Below, piece by piece: positions 36,706 to 45,606 of a DNA stretch of 64,000 nt. The position numbers and the translations under genes are program-made. The stretch is from Candidatus Multivoradales bacterium. GTDB lineage: Bacteria > Acidobacteriota > Thermoanaerobaculia > Multivoradales > J023. The notes under the pieces were generated by a model. That model was not told the DNA's origin and ran no database searches. It saw nothing but the letters and a program-made list of their open reading frames with translations. The first letter of the stretch is position 1; every line of letters begins with the position of its first letter. The stretch covers positions 5,056,001 through 5,120,000 of the forward strand of contig CBDFLE010000006.1 in NCBI GenBank assembly GCA_965248925.1. The letters are read 5' to 3'.

Positions 36706-37384
36706 TAAAGTGCTGTCCGGACAGTCTTCGCCGCCGCTTGCGGCAGCGGGGCCTGAGTCGCTAGTGAGTCGGATCGAGGCCGGAGACCCGCAGGCCGAAG
36801 AAGACTTGGTGGTTCGCTATGGGCGCTCCGTGGCACTGCTTCTGCAACGGCATACTGGCGGCCGACCGGAGGCCGAGGATCTCTTTCAGGACACTTTTGC
36901 GGTGGCCCTGACCCAACTGCGCCGGGGCGAGTTGCGACAGCCGTCACGGCTGCCTGGATACCTCGCCGGCATCGCCCGCAGCTTGGCCATCGAGCAGTAC
37001 CGCAAGGCTGCGCGGCGCAAGACCGAGCCCAACACCGAGGCGGTGGACGGCCGGGCGAAGGCGCCCGCCGGGCAGCTCGGCGAGTTACTCAGCTCGGAAA
37101 CCGCCAGCCTGGTGCGCCGTCTGCTCGATGGGCTGCGTAACGAGCGTGATCGCGAGTTGCTTTTCCGCTTTTATGTTGCTGAGGAAGAACGTGGCACGAT
37201 CGCCGCTGACTTTGGTCTCGACAGTCTGCAATTCAATCGCGTCCTGCACCGAGCACGGCAGCGCTACAAGACGCTTTATTTGGCCCACCAAAACGGTTTG
37301 GACGGCCAGCGACGGACCTTCCTAAAGGTCGCTAATATTCTTCTTCTGCTGACCTTGGTGCGGGCCCTTGGAGATCCTCGGTGA
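36695..37384 (+). CDS. ECF sigma factor
   Basis: GDPQAEEDLV.RY, AEDLFQDTF, YL.GIAR, RDRELL.RFY, VLHRARQR; GTGA overlap with the next gene. Confidence 0.88.
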   Translation: MTGNKVLSGQSSPPLAAAGPESLVSRIEAGDPQAEEDLVVRYGRSVALLLQRHTGGRPEAEDLFQDTFAVALTQLRRGELRQPSRLPGYLAGIARSLAIEQYRKAARRKTEPNTEAVDGRAKAPAGQLGELLSSETASLVRRLLDGLRNERDRELLFRFYVAEEERGTIAADFGLDSLQFNRVLHRARQRYKTLYLAHQNGLDGQRRTFLKVANILLLLTLVRALGDPR

Positions 37385-38247
37385 TGGATCACGGTTACAT
37401 CGAAGAGCAAGCGCTGATCGAGCGCTACTTTCGTGGTGATTTGCCAGCTGTCGAGGAAGCAGCTTTCGAACAACACTTCTTCGCTTGTGAGCGCTGCCAG
37501 GGCGAGCTCGAGGTGGCGCGGGAAATGGGGCGTGGACTGAAGGCGGTGGCGGCTCAGCAGGCGGTCCGACCGGCCGTCGTGTCAGGAGCTGTACTCGGTT
37601 GGCTGGCCCGCCGCTCGGCTCTCCAGCTGGGTCTGCTGGCGGCGACTCTGTTGGCGGCCTTGGCCCTACCCCTGTTGGTTTTCTATGGCCAGCAGCGCGA
37701 ACTCGACGAGCAGCTACTCGCCGCCCATTCCACCACTCAAGAACTGCGGCAAGACCTGGTCGATGAACGTCAGCGAGCCAACCAGGCCAGCCAGCGTCTG
37801 GTCGTTTCCGCGAGTGATTGGCAAGCACAGCGTCAGCAACTCGAGGAGAAGCTCAAGGAACTCGCTGCCAGCGAATCACCAGCTACGGGGCTGTCCCAGC
37901 CGCTGGTCGACGCGGCGGTCTACCTGCTGGCCGCCATGCGTGACTCGGCGGCGCGGCCAGTGGTGGTTGTGCGCCGGCCGAGCGCTGCGGAGGGCGCCTT
38001 CAGCTTGGCCGTCGATGTGGGTGCCGCTGCCTACGATAGCTATCGCGTAACCATTGTCGATGGTGATGGCGAGCGCCGTTTCGAGCGTGCAGGCTTGAAG
38101 CTCAACGTCCTGGAAGTGGTGATGGTCACTTTCCCCGCTCGCTTCCTCTCGCCGGGCGACTATCGCCTCGAGCTTGCCGGTCGCGAGCCTGGTGGCAAGC
38201 TCACGGTGTTGGCGAGCCACCGTTTTCGCGTTGCCGGGGATTCTTGA
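37381..38247 (+). CDS. Zinc-finger (zf-HC2/ZAS) anti-sigma factor with TM helix, coiled coil and extracytoplasmic domain
   Basis: FEQHFFACERC (HxxxCxxC); TM LGLLAATLLAALALPLLVF; C-terminal PGDYRLEL. Confidence 0.85.
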   Translation: MMDHGYIEEQALIERYFRGDLPAVEEAAFEQHFFACERCQGELEVAREMGRGLKAVAAQQAVRPAVVSGAVLGWLARRSALQLGLLAATLLAALALPLLVFYGQQRELDEQLLAAHSTTQELRQDLVDERQRANQASQRLVVSASDWQAQRQQLEEKLKELAASESPATGLSQPLVDAAVYLLAAMRDSAARPVVVVRRPSAAEGAFSLAVDVGAAAYDSYRVTIVDGDGERRFERAGLKLNVLEVVMVTFPARFLSPGDYRLELAGREPGGKLTVLASHRFRVAGDS

Positions 38248-38373
38248 TCACCCGCTGCTTGAAGTTTCTCTTCGGGGGCGTTGCCCTGGCCTTTTTGCCG
38301 CTAGAATCGCCTTCATCCGGGCCGGCTCTGCTGCTGGCCCAAACCTTCGAACCGCTAGTTGTGGGGACACACG

Positions 38374-39138
38374 ATGGACTTTTCGCTCGATCACATCGTT
38401 ACCTTGGGGCTTCTGGTCCTGCTTCAGGCGGTGCTTGGCTTCGACAATCTGCTCTACATTTCGCTCGAATCGAAGCGCGCCCCGGCCGACCAGCAGGCGC
38501 GGGTTCGGCGGCTCGGCATCGGTTTGGCGATCGGCTTGCGGATCGTCCTGCTCTTTGTGCTGATCAAGCTGATTGCGGTCTTCGAGAAGCCGGTGTTTGG
38601 TCTCCATTGGTCGGGTGTGGCCGAGGGTGAATTCAACATTCACAGCTTGATAGTGCTCCTTGGCGGCGCTTTTATCCTCTATACCGCGACCAAGGAAATC
38701 CTCCACATGATGAAACTAGAGCACGATGGGTACGCCGCGGCTAGCGCCACATCGGTGGGCAAGATCATCTTCTGGATCGTCGTCATGAACCTGGTGTTCT
38801 CGTTCGACTCGATTCTCTCGGCGATGGCTTTGAGCGATGTTTTCTGGGTAATGGCGACGGCGATCGTGATCAGTGGCTTGCTGATGATCTGGCTCAGCGA
38901 TCGCGTGGCGACCTTTCTGCAGAAGAATCGCATGTACGAGGTTTTGGGCCTCTTCGTGCTCTTCGTCGTCGGTATCCTGCTGCTCTCCGAGGGCGGCCAC
39001 CTGGCCCACTTGCAGCTGTTCGGCAATCCGGTGACGCCGATGACCAAGACCACCTTCTACTTCGTCATCGGTGTCCTGGTGCTGACCGACATCGTCCAGT
39101 CGCGCTATCAGAAGAAGCTGCTGCGCGAACAGTCCTGA
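38374..39138 (+). CDS. TerC-family membrane protein
   Basis: LQAVLGFDNL, GIGLA...RI.LL, MNLVFSFDSILSA; multiple TM segments. Confidence 0.9.
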   Translation: MDFSLDHIVTLGLLVLLQAVLGFDNLLYISLESKRAPADQQARVRRLGIGLAIGLRIVLLFVLIKLIAVFEKPVFGLHWSGVAEGEFNIHSLIVLLGGAFILYTATKEILHMMKLEHDGYAAASATSVGKIIFWIVVMNLVFSFDSILSAMALSDVFWVMATAIVISGLLMIWLSDRVATFLQKNRMYEVLGLFVLFVVGILLLSEGGHLAHLQLFGNPVTPMTKTTFYFVIGVLVLTDIVQSRYQKKLLREQS

Positions 39139-39275
39139 AATCGGGCTGCGAAGCCGGTCTAGGGGAATCTGGATATCGAAGCGGTCTCTGAATGTCGGCC
39201 TTGGCACTCTTGGGGATCCCTCGACGATGGCAGTTTTCAATCGATGGACTCTCGGCGGCTTCCCAAGCCTAGCTT

Positions 39276-39408
39276 GCCCGAGTCGGCGGCGATGGGCCGT
39301 GGGCAGCGAGGCCTGAATATTCCGGCGGACTGGTCGAAAGACCTGGCCCGCGGGCCGGAGCTTGCTGGGCTTGGTCGGGGCGGATAGGCTGATTGCCGTC
39401 AGAGTCAA
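39276..39408. repeat. 133-bp intergenic direct repeat, copy 1
   Basis: Near-identical to 41255-41387 (about 6 substitutions). Confidence 0.9.
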
Positions 39409-39589
39409 CGGGGTTCGCTCAAGTTTCGAGATCTATTGGGAGCGAACGGTGACTCATTTGCTGGAGCTTCTTCTGGCTCATTTGCGTCGCCGGTCGGATC
39501 AGCAGGACGTAGTGGATAAGGGGCCCACATTTCGGTAGCCTAGAGGTGAAGCGTTGGAGCCCCTCCTCCAAGACCCTCTCGGAGAGGTC

Positions 39590-39961
39590 ATGTCGGTACC
39601 CAGCAGCATGAGAAAAATCCTCAAGAGCCTCGGTACTTTAGGTCGACAATCGGTCAGTGTCGCGTCGAGTTCCTTGGTCGAAGTAGGGCCGATGCCTCCG
39701 CGCCAGACTTTGCCTTGGAAGATTCGTGCGACCCGGCCCGAGGTCAGCCTGCTATTCCGGGCGGCGGATAACCGCGAGTTTATCCGCCAGCCTGACCTGC
39801 GCCAGGCTTATCGTCAGGAGACGATCAGCTTTCCTTGGCGGGCAGGAGTCCTGCTGATGCTCGACAACCTGACGGTGGCCCATGGCCGGGAGCCGGTCGA
39901 GGGCGATCGCAAAGTGGCGGTCGGCATGTCGGAGCCCGGTAGTTGGAGCGGGTTGGGATGA
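39590..39961 (+). pseudogene. Internally deleted paralogue of the TauD gene at 42992
   Basis: First ~66 and last ~55 residues align with 42992-44044; the central part with the HxE iron motif is missing; frame still open; upstream ~60 bp also homologous. Confidence 0.85.
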
Positions 39962-41217
39962 GCTTGGCGAGGGGCTGGCGCCGGCCGATCTTTTGGCTGG
40001 CAATGATGCTCGGCCTACTTGCCTTGTTCGAGTTGAGTTCACTCCTGGGGCTGCTGATTCTCGGGGAGTCACCGTTCAGCGTGGCGCGGAGCCGGGGAAT
40101 GCTGCTCAGCGGGGTCGTTAACCTGGAGTCACCGCGTCGAGTGCGTTCGGTGCTACACCCTCTTATTGGTTACGTCCGTGAGGAGACCGGCGCGGGAGCA
40201 GCAATGCCGGGACCGAGCCTCGAAAGAGCCCGGTCGGTTTACGGCACGGTCAATCGCGATCCGGCTGTGCCACGGCGGGGTGCCGGGCAGGTGATCGTGG
40301 CGTTGACCGGCGGCTCGGTGGCACAGCAAGTAGCCGATCTCGGCGGTGAAGTGCTGGTGCGGCGCTTGCAGAGGTCGCGGCGCTATGCCGGCAAAGAGGT
40401 GCTCGTCGTGAGCCTCGCGGCCGGCGGTTTCAAACAACCGCAACAGCTGATGGGTTTGCAGTACTTGTTGGTTCTCGGTGCTGAGATCGATGTGCTGGTC
40501 AACCTCGATGGTTTCAATGAGGTGGCGCTGCATCCGTTCGAGAACGCACCCAGCCGGACTTTCTATGCCTACCCCAGACTGTGGCAAGCGATGACCGGCA
40601 TCCTCTATCGCGACAATGCTCGGATCCTCGGCAAGCTTGCTTTCTTTCGCTCTCTTAGACTCCGCTGGGCAGCCTACTTCGAGCAATCATTCGGCGGTCG
40701 TACAGCCTCTGGAAACCTGCTTTGGGAAGTTGGGAACCGGATGATCGATCGACGGGTTCTCAAGGCGGGAACGGCCTTGAGGTTGATCGAAGAACAGCAA
40801 GCCCTGGCCGCAGGCGCCGGCCCGCCGACCGGCGAGGCGCAGATGTACCAGCAATTGGTCGAGCTGTGGACAGAAGCCTCAATGCAGTTGGATCGGCTGT
40901 GTCGGGCCAACGGAATTCGCTATTTTCATTTTCTGCAGCCCAATCAGTACGTTGTCGGCTCGAAGCCGATGAGCGCCGAAGAACGCTCGCTGGCCATCTC
41001 TGAGGGACAGGGGTATCGGGTGGGCGCTGAGTTCGGCTATCCCTTGCTGATCGAGGCGGGCCGCAGCAAGCTGCAGGGTGCGGTGGCCTACACCGATCTG
41101 ACAATGCTCTTCGCCGAAACTCGAGAAGTGGTCTATACCGACGACTGCTGCCACTTCAATCGCCGAGGGGTGCGAAAAATCGCCCAGCGGATTGCCGATG
41201 AGATCCTGCGCCTCTGA
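39958..41217 (+). CDS. Membrane-anchored SGNH-hydrolase-like protein
   Basis: N-terminal TM helix; TGGSVA, GGFKQPQQ, DGFNE, FLQPN, DCCHFN..G blocks; ATGA overlap with the upstream ORF. Confidence 0.75.
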   Translation: MSLARGWRRPIFWLAMMLGLLALFELSSLLGLLILGESPFSVARSRGMLLSGVVNLESPRRVRSVLHPLIGYVREETGAGAAMPGPSLERARSVYGTVNRDPAVPRRGAGQVIVALTGGSVAQQVADLGGEVLVRRLQRSRRYAGKEVLVVSLAAGGFKQPQQLMGLQYLLVLGAEIDVLVNLDGFNEVALHPFENAPSRTFYAYPRLWQAMTGILYRDNARILGKLAFFRSLRLRWAAYFEQSFGGRTASGNLLWEVGNRMIDRRVLKAGTALRLIEEQQALAAGAGPPTGEAQMYQQLVELWTEASMQLDRLCRANGIRYFHFLQPNQYVVGSKPMSAEERSLAISEGQGYRVGAEFGYPLLIEAGRSKLQGAVAYTDLTMLFAETREVVYTDDCCHFNRRGVRKIAQRIADEILRL

Positions 41218-41254
41218 TCAGGCTTGGGTACCGTTGGACCGGAGCCGTCGGCCC

Positions 41255-41387
41255 GCCCGAGTCGGCGGCGATGGGCCGCGGGCAGCGGGGCCTGAGTATT
41301 CCGGCGGACTGGTCTAAAGACCTGGCCCGCGGGCCGGAGCTTGCCGGGCTTGGTCGGGGCGGATAGGCTGATTGCTGTCAGAGTCAA
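41255..41387. repeat. 133-bp intergenic direct repeat, copy 2
   Basis: Near-identical to 39276-39408. Confidence 0.9.
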
Positions 41388-41500
41388 GTTCTTCCACTCC
41401 GCATGCCTGAACATCTAGCACCTGGTGACCTCGCGCCCTGCGAGTGACCGGGAAAGAACTCCCTGACAGTGCGGGCGTCCGCGCCCTGGGGGATCGAGTC

Positions 41501-42700
41501 ATGGTGGCGAAAAGAAGCTGGAAGAGAGCCCTGCTGCCCGCCCTGGGCAAGCTGACGCTGCTGGCAGTCGGCTTCGGCGTAGGGTTGTTGATCGCAGAAG
41601 TTGGAGTGCGGCTGATCGCTCCCCAAGCACTCTGGCAATGGCATCCCGGACCCTTCGTTGAAGACGGCGAAGGATTCTTTCGTTTGCGCCCTGGGCTGCA
41701 CAGTGAGTCGAAGAACCGGGTCGAATTCGAGCACCAGGTGGAGGTCAACGCGGCGGGACTGCGGGGACCCGAGCTGGAGGCCAAGGCTGCGGGGGAATGC
41801 CGCATCCTGGCAATTGGCGATTCCTTCACCTTTGGGGTTGGTGTCGAGGGTGCCGAGGTCTTCCATCAGCAAGCAGCGCTGAGGCTCCGCCAGCAGGGAG
41901 TCTCGGCGACCACTCTCAACGGCGGTATTCCGGCGATTGGTGTACCGCAGGCAGTTCGCTGGCTGCGCCGACACGGGTTGAAGACCGAGCCCGATGTGGT
42001 GTTGCTCTCGTTCTTTGTCGGCAACGATCTGCAGGATGCCAGCTCACGGAACGAATGGGTGATCGACGAAGGACAGCTGGTGATTGGCGCGCGGACCAAG
42101 GGGTGGAAGCGATGGTTCTATCGCAACTCCCATCTCTACGTGCTGTTGAAGAAGTCGCTTTCCGCCAGGCTGCTGGCGCGGTTTGGGCTGCGGGAGCCTT
42201 GGAGTCTGCGCAGTGCGCGAGATAGTTTCGCGGTGTACCAACTGGCTCCGTCGCAGTTGATCGAAGAGGGGCTGCGAAATACCGACCTGGCTCTCACCGA
42301 ATTGGTCGAGCTAGCAGAGGCACATGGTTTTCGGCTAGTTGCGATGCTGATTCCAGACATTCTCCAAGTGGATGACCAGCGTTGGCAGTCGGCTTTGCGG
42401 CAGCTTGAGCTAGCGCCGGCGGATTATCATCCGCGGCGGCCGAGCACAATTCTGCAAGATCTGTTCGCCAGCCATCAGATTCCGTTTCACGACCTGACAG
42501 ATGCTTTCGATGCTGGCTTCGATGCTGGCGAGGCGCTCTACTTTCCAATCGACCGTCATTGGACACCAGCCGGACACCGGCTGGCGGCAGCGGAAATTGT
42601 CGACCAATTGCTCGTGGCAAACGAGGTTTGCAGCTCAGCCGCAAGCGCTGCCGAAGCGCCAGTAGGTCAGGAGCCTCCGGTCAGCGACTCGACTGGCTGA
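41501..42700 (+). CDS. Membrane-anchored SGNH/GDSL hydrolase or acyltransferase
   Basis: N-terminal TM helix; N..GLRG, IGDSFTFG, GND, DRHWT..GH; start 41501 (ATG) or 41444. Confidence 0.85.
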   Translation: MVAKRSWKRALLPALGKLTLLAVGFGVGLLIAEVGVRLIAPQALWQWHPGPFVEDGEGFFRLRPGLHSESKNRVEFEHQVEVNAAGLRGPELEAKAAGECRILAIGDSFTFGVGVEGAEVFHQQAALRLRQQGVSATTLNGGIPAIGVPQAVRWLRRHGLKTEPDVVLLSFFVGNDLQDASSRNEWVIDEGQLVIGARTKGWKRWFYRNSHLYVLLKKSLSARLLARFGLREPWSLRSARDSFAVYQLAPSQLIEEGLRNTDLALTELVELAEAHGFRLVAMLIPDILQVDDQRWQSALRQLELAPADYHPRRPSTILQDLFASHQIPFHDLTDAFDAGFDAGEALYFPIDRHWTPAGHRLAAAEIVDQLLVANEVCSSAASAAEAPVGQEPPVSDSTG

Positions 42701-42991
42701 GGATGAAGGAGTTCGGGTTGTTGGCAATCTCCTCGGCGCCCAGGCCGGCTGTGGTGAGCAAACTCCCGACTGCCTTCTGCCCTACTCTGCTTGCTGCCCT
42801 TTCGCTCTCCCATTCCTCTTGATACGGAATTTGGCGTGCGCTGGAGCGGAAATCGTTCTCTGATAACCCGGCATGAATTCTGTGGGAAAGTGAAATTCTA
42901 CTAGTCAAGATATTCTTGCTCGAACGCCCGCCTTCGGTAGTCTAAGAGAAGAGCCGTTGGAGCCTTCCTTCTAGACCTTCTCGGAGATTTC

Positions 42992-44044
42992 ATGTCAGCC
43001 CCCAGCAACAAGCAGAAGAGTCTCAAGAGCCTCGGTAAGCTACGTCGGCGGTCGGTCCGCATCACGTCGAGTTCGTTGGTTGAGGAAGGGGCGATAGATC
43101 CAGGTCAGACCCTCCCCTGGAAGATTCACGCTACCCGACCCGATGTCAGCCTGCTGTCCTGGGCAGCGGACCACCGCGAGCATATTCGTGAGCTCGTCCT
43201 GCGCCACGGAGGGGTTCTTTTCCGCGGTTTCAAGGAACGTGGAGTAGAAGACTTCGAGAGCCTGATTGGCGTCGTCTCCGACAAGCTCTTGGAATACAAG
43301 GAGCGCTCTTCGCCGCGCAGTCAAGTCCAGGGCAACGTCTACACATCGACCGACTATCCGCCTGATCAGGAGATCTTTCTGCACAATGAGAACTCCTATC
43401 AAAGCGGTTGGCCGCAGAAGATTTTTTTCTTTTGCTTGCGGTCTGCGACAGAGGGGGGAGCGACGCCGCTAGCCGATTGCCGTCAGGTGTTTCAGCGGCT
43501 GGCGCCGGAGATTCGCCAGCGCTTTGATGATTTGGGTTGGATGTATGTGCGCAATTTCGGCGATGGCTTCGGCTTGTCGTGGCAAACAGTTTTCCAGACC
43601 GAGGATCGCGCGGTGGTCGAGGCCCATTGTCGTCGCAACGGAGTTGCGATCGAGTGGAAAGATGGGGGCCGGCTTCGTACCCGTGCCATCCGCCCGACGG
43701 CTTTGCGCCATCCGCAATCCGGCGAACTAACTTGGTTCAACCACGCGACGTTCTTCAACATCTCGACCTTGGCGCCGTCGATTCGTGAGGCTTTGCTGGG
43801 AGAATTCGCGATCGAGGACGTTCCCGCTCACACTTACTATGGCGACGGGACAGCGATCGAAAGCGAGGTTCTGGACGACTTGCGGCAGGCCTATAGCCAG
43901 GAAACTACCCGCTTCTCCTGGCAGGAAGGGGATCTGCTAATGCTCGACAACCTGACGGTAGCTCATGGCCGGGATTCTTTCGCCGGCGACCGCAAAGTGG
44001 TCGTCGGCATGGCCGAACCTGGTAGTTGGAGCGAGTTAGAGTGA
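42992..44044 (+). CDS. TauD/TfdA-family Fe(II)/2-oxoglutarate dioxygenase, SyrP-like
   Basis: GGVLFRGF, SSPRS, VYTSTDYP, LHNENSY, WFNH, DN..VAHGR; GGAG RBS. Confidence 0.92.
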   Translation: MSAPSNKQKSLKSLGKLRRRSVRITSSSLVEEGAIDPGQTLPWKIHATRPDVSLLSWAADHREHIRELVLRHGGVLFRGFKERGVEDFESLIGVVSDKLLEYKERSSPRSQVQGNVYTSTDYPPDQEIFLHNENSYQSGWPQKIFFFCLRSATEGGATPLADCRQVFQRLAPEIRQRFDDLGWMYVRNFGDGFGLSWQTVFQTEDRAVVEAHCRRNGVAIEWKDGGRLRTRAIRPTALRHPQSGELTWFNHATFFNISTLAPSIREALLGEFAIEDVPAHTYYGDGTAIESEVLDDLRQAYSQETTRFSWQEGDLLMLDNLTVAHGRDSFAGDRKVVVGMAEPGSWSELE

Positions 44045-45319
44045 GCTGGTGGGCTCTCCGGCCCCTTCTATAGCCAGGCGATGTAGTAGCTCAGCTGTCT
44101 CTTCAGCGGCTTCTTGATTGCCCTGCTGGCGATGGTAGCGCTCGAGCAAGACGGCGTCGGCGTGGGTCCAAACGCCGCCCTGGGCGAGGTGAATGTGGGC
44201 GAAGAGTTCTTCCACTCGGTCCTCGGCCCCTTGCTGGTCGAGCAAGAGGCGGATCAGCAAGCTGACCGATGGCAGGTGCAGCGAGCGTCCGCCACAGGCT
44301 CCCGAGCAGCAGCTGCGAACTTCGCTGTCGAGCAAGCTGATGGCCTCGGCTGGCCGCTCGAGACGGTCGAGGACCCCAGCTAGTCGTTGGGTGAAGTCCT
44401 GCTGGGCTGGGAAGCGGCGATGGGCGTTGGCGAGAAACTCGGCTGCTTCGGGCCAGCGCTCTGAACTTTGCAGAGCAGCGGCATAGGCGGCGGTGAGCGC
44501 CGGGTCGAAATGCTGTGGCGGGCTGATCTCGGCGAGCCGGGTCAGCACGGCTTCGGGTTCACCGGCGGCGAGTTGCGCTTCGCTCCACAGGGTGGGCAGA
44601 GACAGGGCGCCTGCGTGATCGAAGGGTTCGACTCCGAAGACCTCCCAAACAGCTTCGAAATCAGCCCGAGCCCCTACCCCATCTCCCTGCAGCAGCCGGC
44701 AACGGCCGCGTTCCAAGCGCAGGGCCGGCTCGCTCGGAAACTGCTCGCAGAGAACCTCGAGGGTTTCGGCAGCGGTGGCCGTGTCACCGGTATTGAGGGC
44801 AACCCAGGCGGGCCGAAAAGCTTCCGGCAGCCGTTGCCAGAGGCCGACCACCTCGTCGACTAACGAGTCGAGCAGGGCGTGGTAGTGAGCCTCGAATTCG
44901 ATCTCCGCCGCCGGTCGATCGTCGGCCGCGCGGTCGGCAAGGGCCTGCGCTTCGGTCGTGGCAGCGGCTTCCGCTTGCTCGTCGATCCGTCGCTGAAAAA
45001 TCCTAGCTCGCTGCTTCAAGGGGCGGCGGATGTCGATGTCCGAAGCTCGTTCCAGCGCCACCTGGGTGTAGTCCAGGGCCTCTTCCCAAAGTTCTGCTCG
45101 CTCGGCAACGTCGACCCGCTCGATGGCGATGGCAAGCAGCCGCGCGTCGGCCTGATCGGCGAGCTCGCGGGCGCGCTCTTGCAGCCGTCCTTCGCTGCGA
45201 TGCTCTACTCGCCGCGCCAGCGCCAACGCTCGCGATGGGTCGTCTCGCTTTAGCAATTCGCTGGCTTGCACCAGCAATGCCGCTGGATCGCGGCCAAACA
45301 ATCGTCCAAGAAGGCTCAT
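44036..45319 (-). CDS. TPR-like helical protein with CCSGAC motif
   Basis: GGAG upstream of the ATG at 45319 (MSLLGRLFGR); helical repeats; RSCCSGACGG near the C-terminus. Confidence 0.7.
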   Translation of the reverse strand: MSLLGRLFGRDPAALLVQASELLKRDDPSRALALARRVEHRSEGRLQERARELADQADARLLAIAIERVDVAERAELWEEALDYTQVALERASDIDIRRPLKQRARIFQRRIDEQAEAAATTEAQALADRAADDRPAAEIEFEAHYHALLDSLVDEVVGLWQRLPEAFRPAWVALNTGDTATAAETLEVLCEQFPSEPALRLERGRCRLLQGDGVGARADFEAVWEVFGVEPFDHAGALSLPTLWSEAQLAAGEPEAVLTRLAEISPPQHFDPALTAAYAAALQSSERWPEAAEFLANAHRRFPAQQDFTQRLAGVLDRLERPAEAISLLDSEVRSCCSGACGGRSLHLPSVSLLIRLLLDQQGAEDRVEELFAHIHLAQGGVWTHADAVLLERYHRQQGNQEAAEETAELLHRLAIEGAGEPTSSL

Positions 45320-45606
45320 CGATCTGGATCTCCAAGGTAAGCGAGAGGTTTGCTCTGGCAGCGACAATAGTGCTGCTGGCTGGCCTTTACAACAATTTTA
45401 CCCGGCCGGGTTCGGCCGTCGCCGAGGCCGCAAAGAGTATGACCAGTGCGCCTCACCGCAGCATTTCGAGGTCTGGGAGGAAGTAGCCGCTGGCTGACGC
45501 CGAGGATTGTAAGCAGCGGTGGCAGAACTCCGGCCGAGGAGTCTGCGTAGCAGCTGGTATCGTCCGCCAGTGGCCTGATTCCAACCCCTCCCAAGGAGCC
45601 CATATC

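Noticed and set aside
32728-38247. Type III-E CRISPR (Craspase) locus
   Set aside because: No Cas7-11 or array, and the CHAT protein appears exported.
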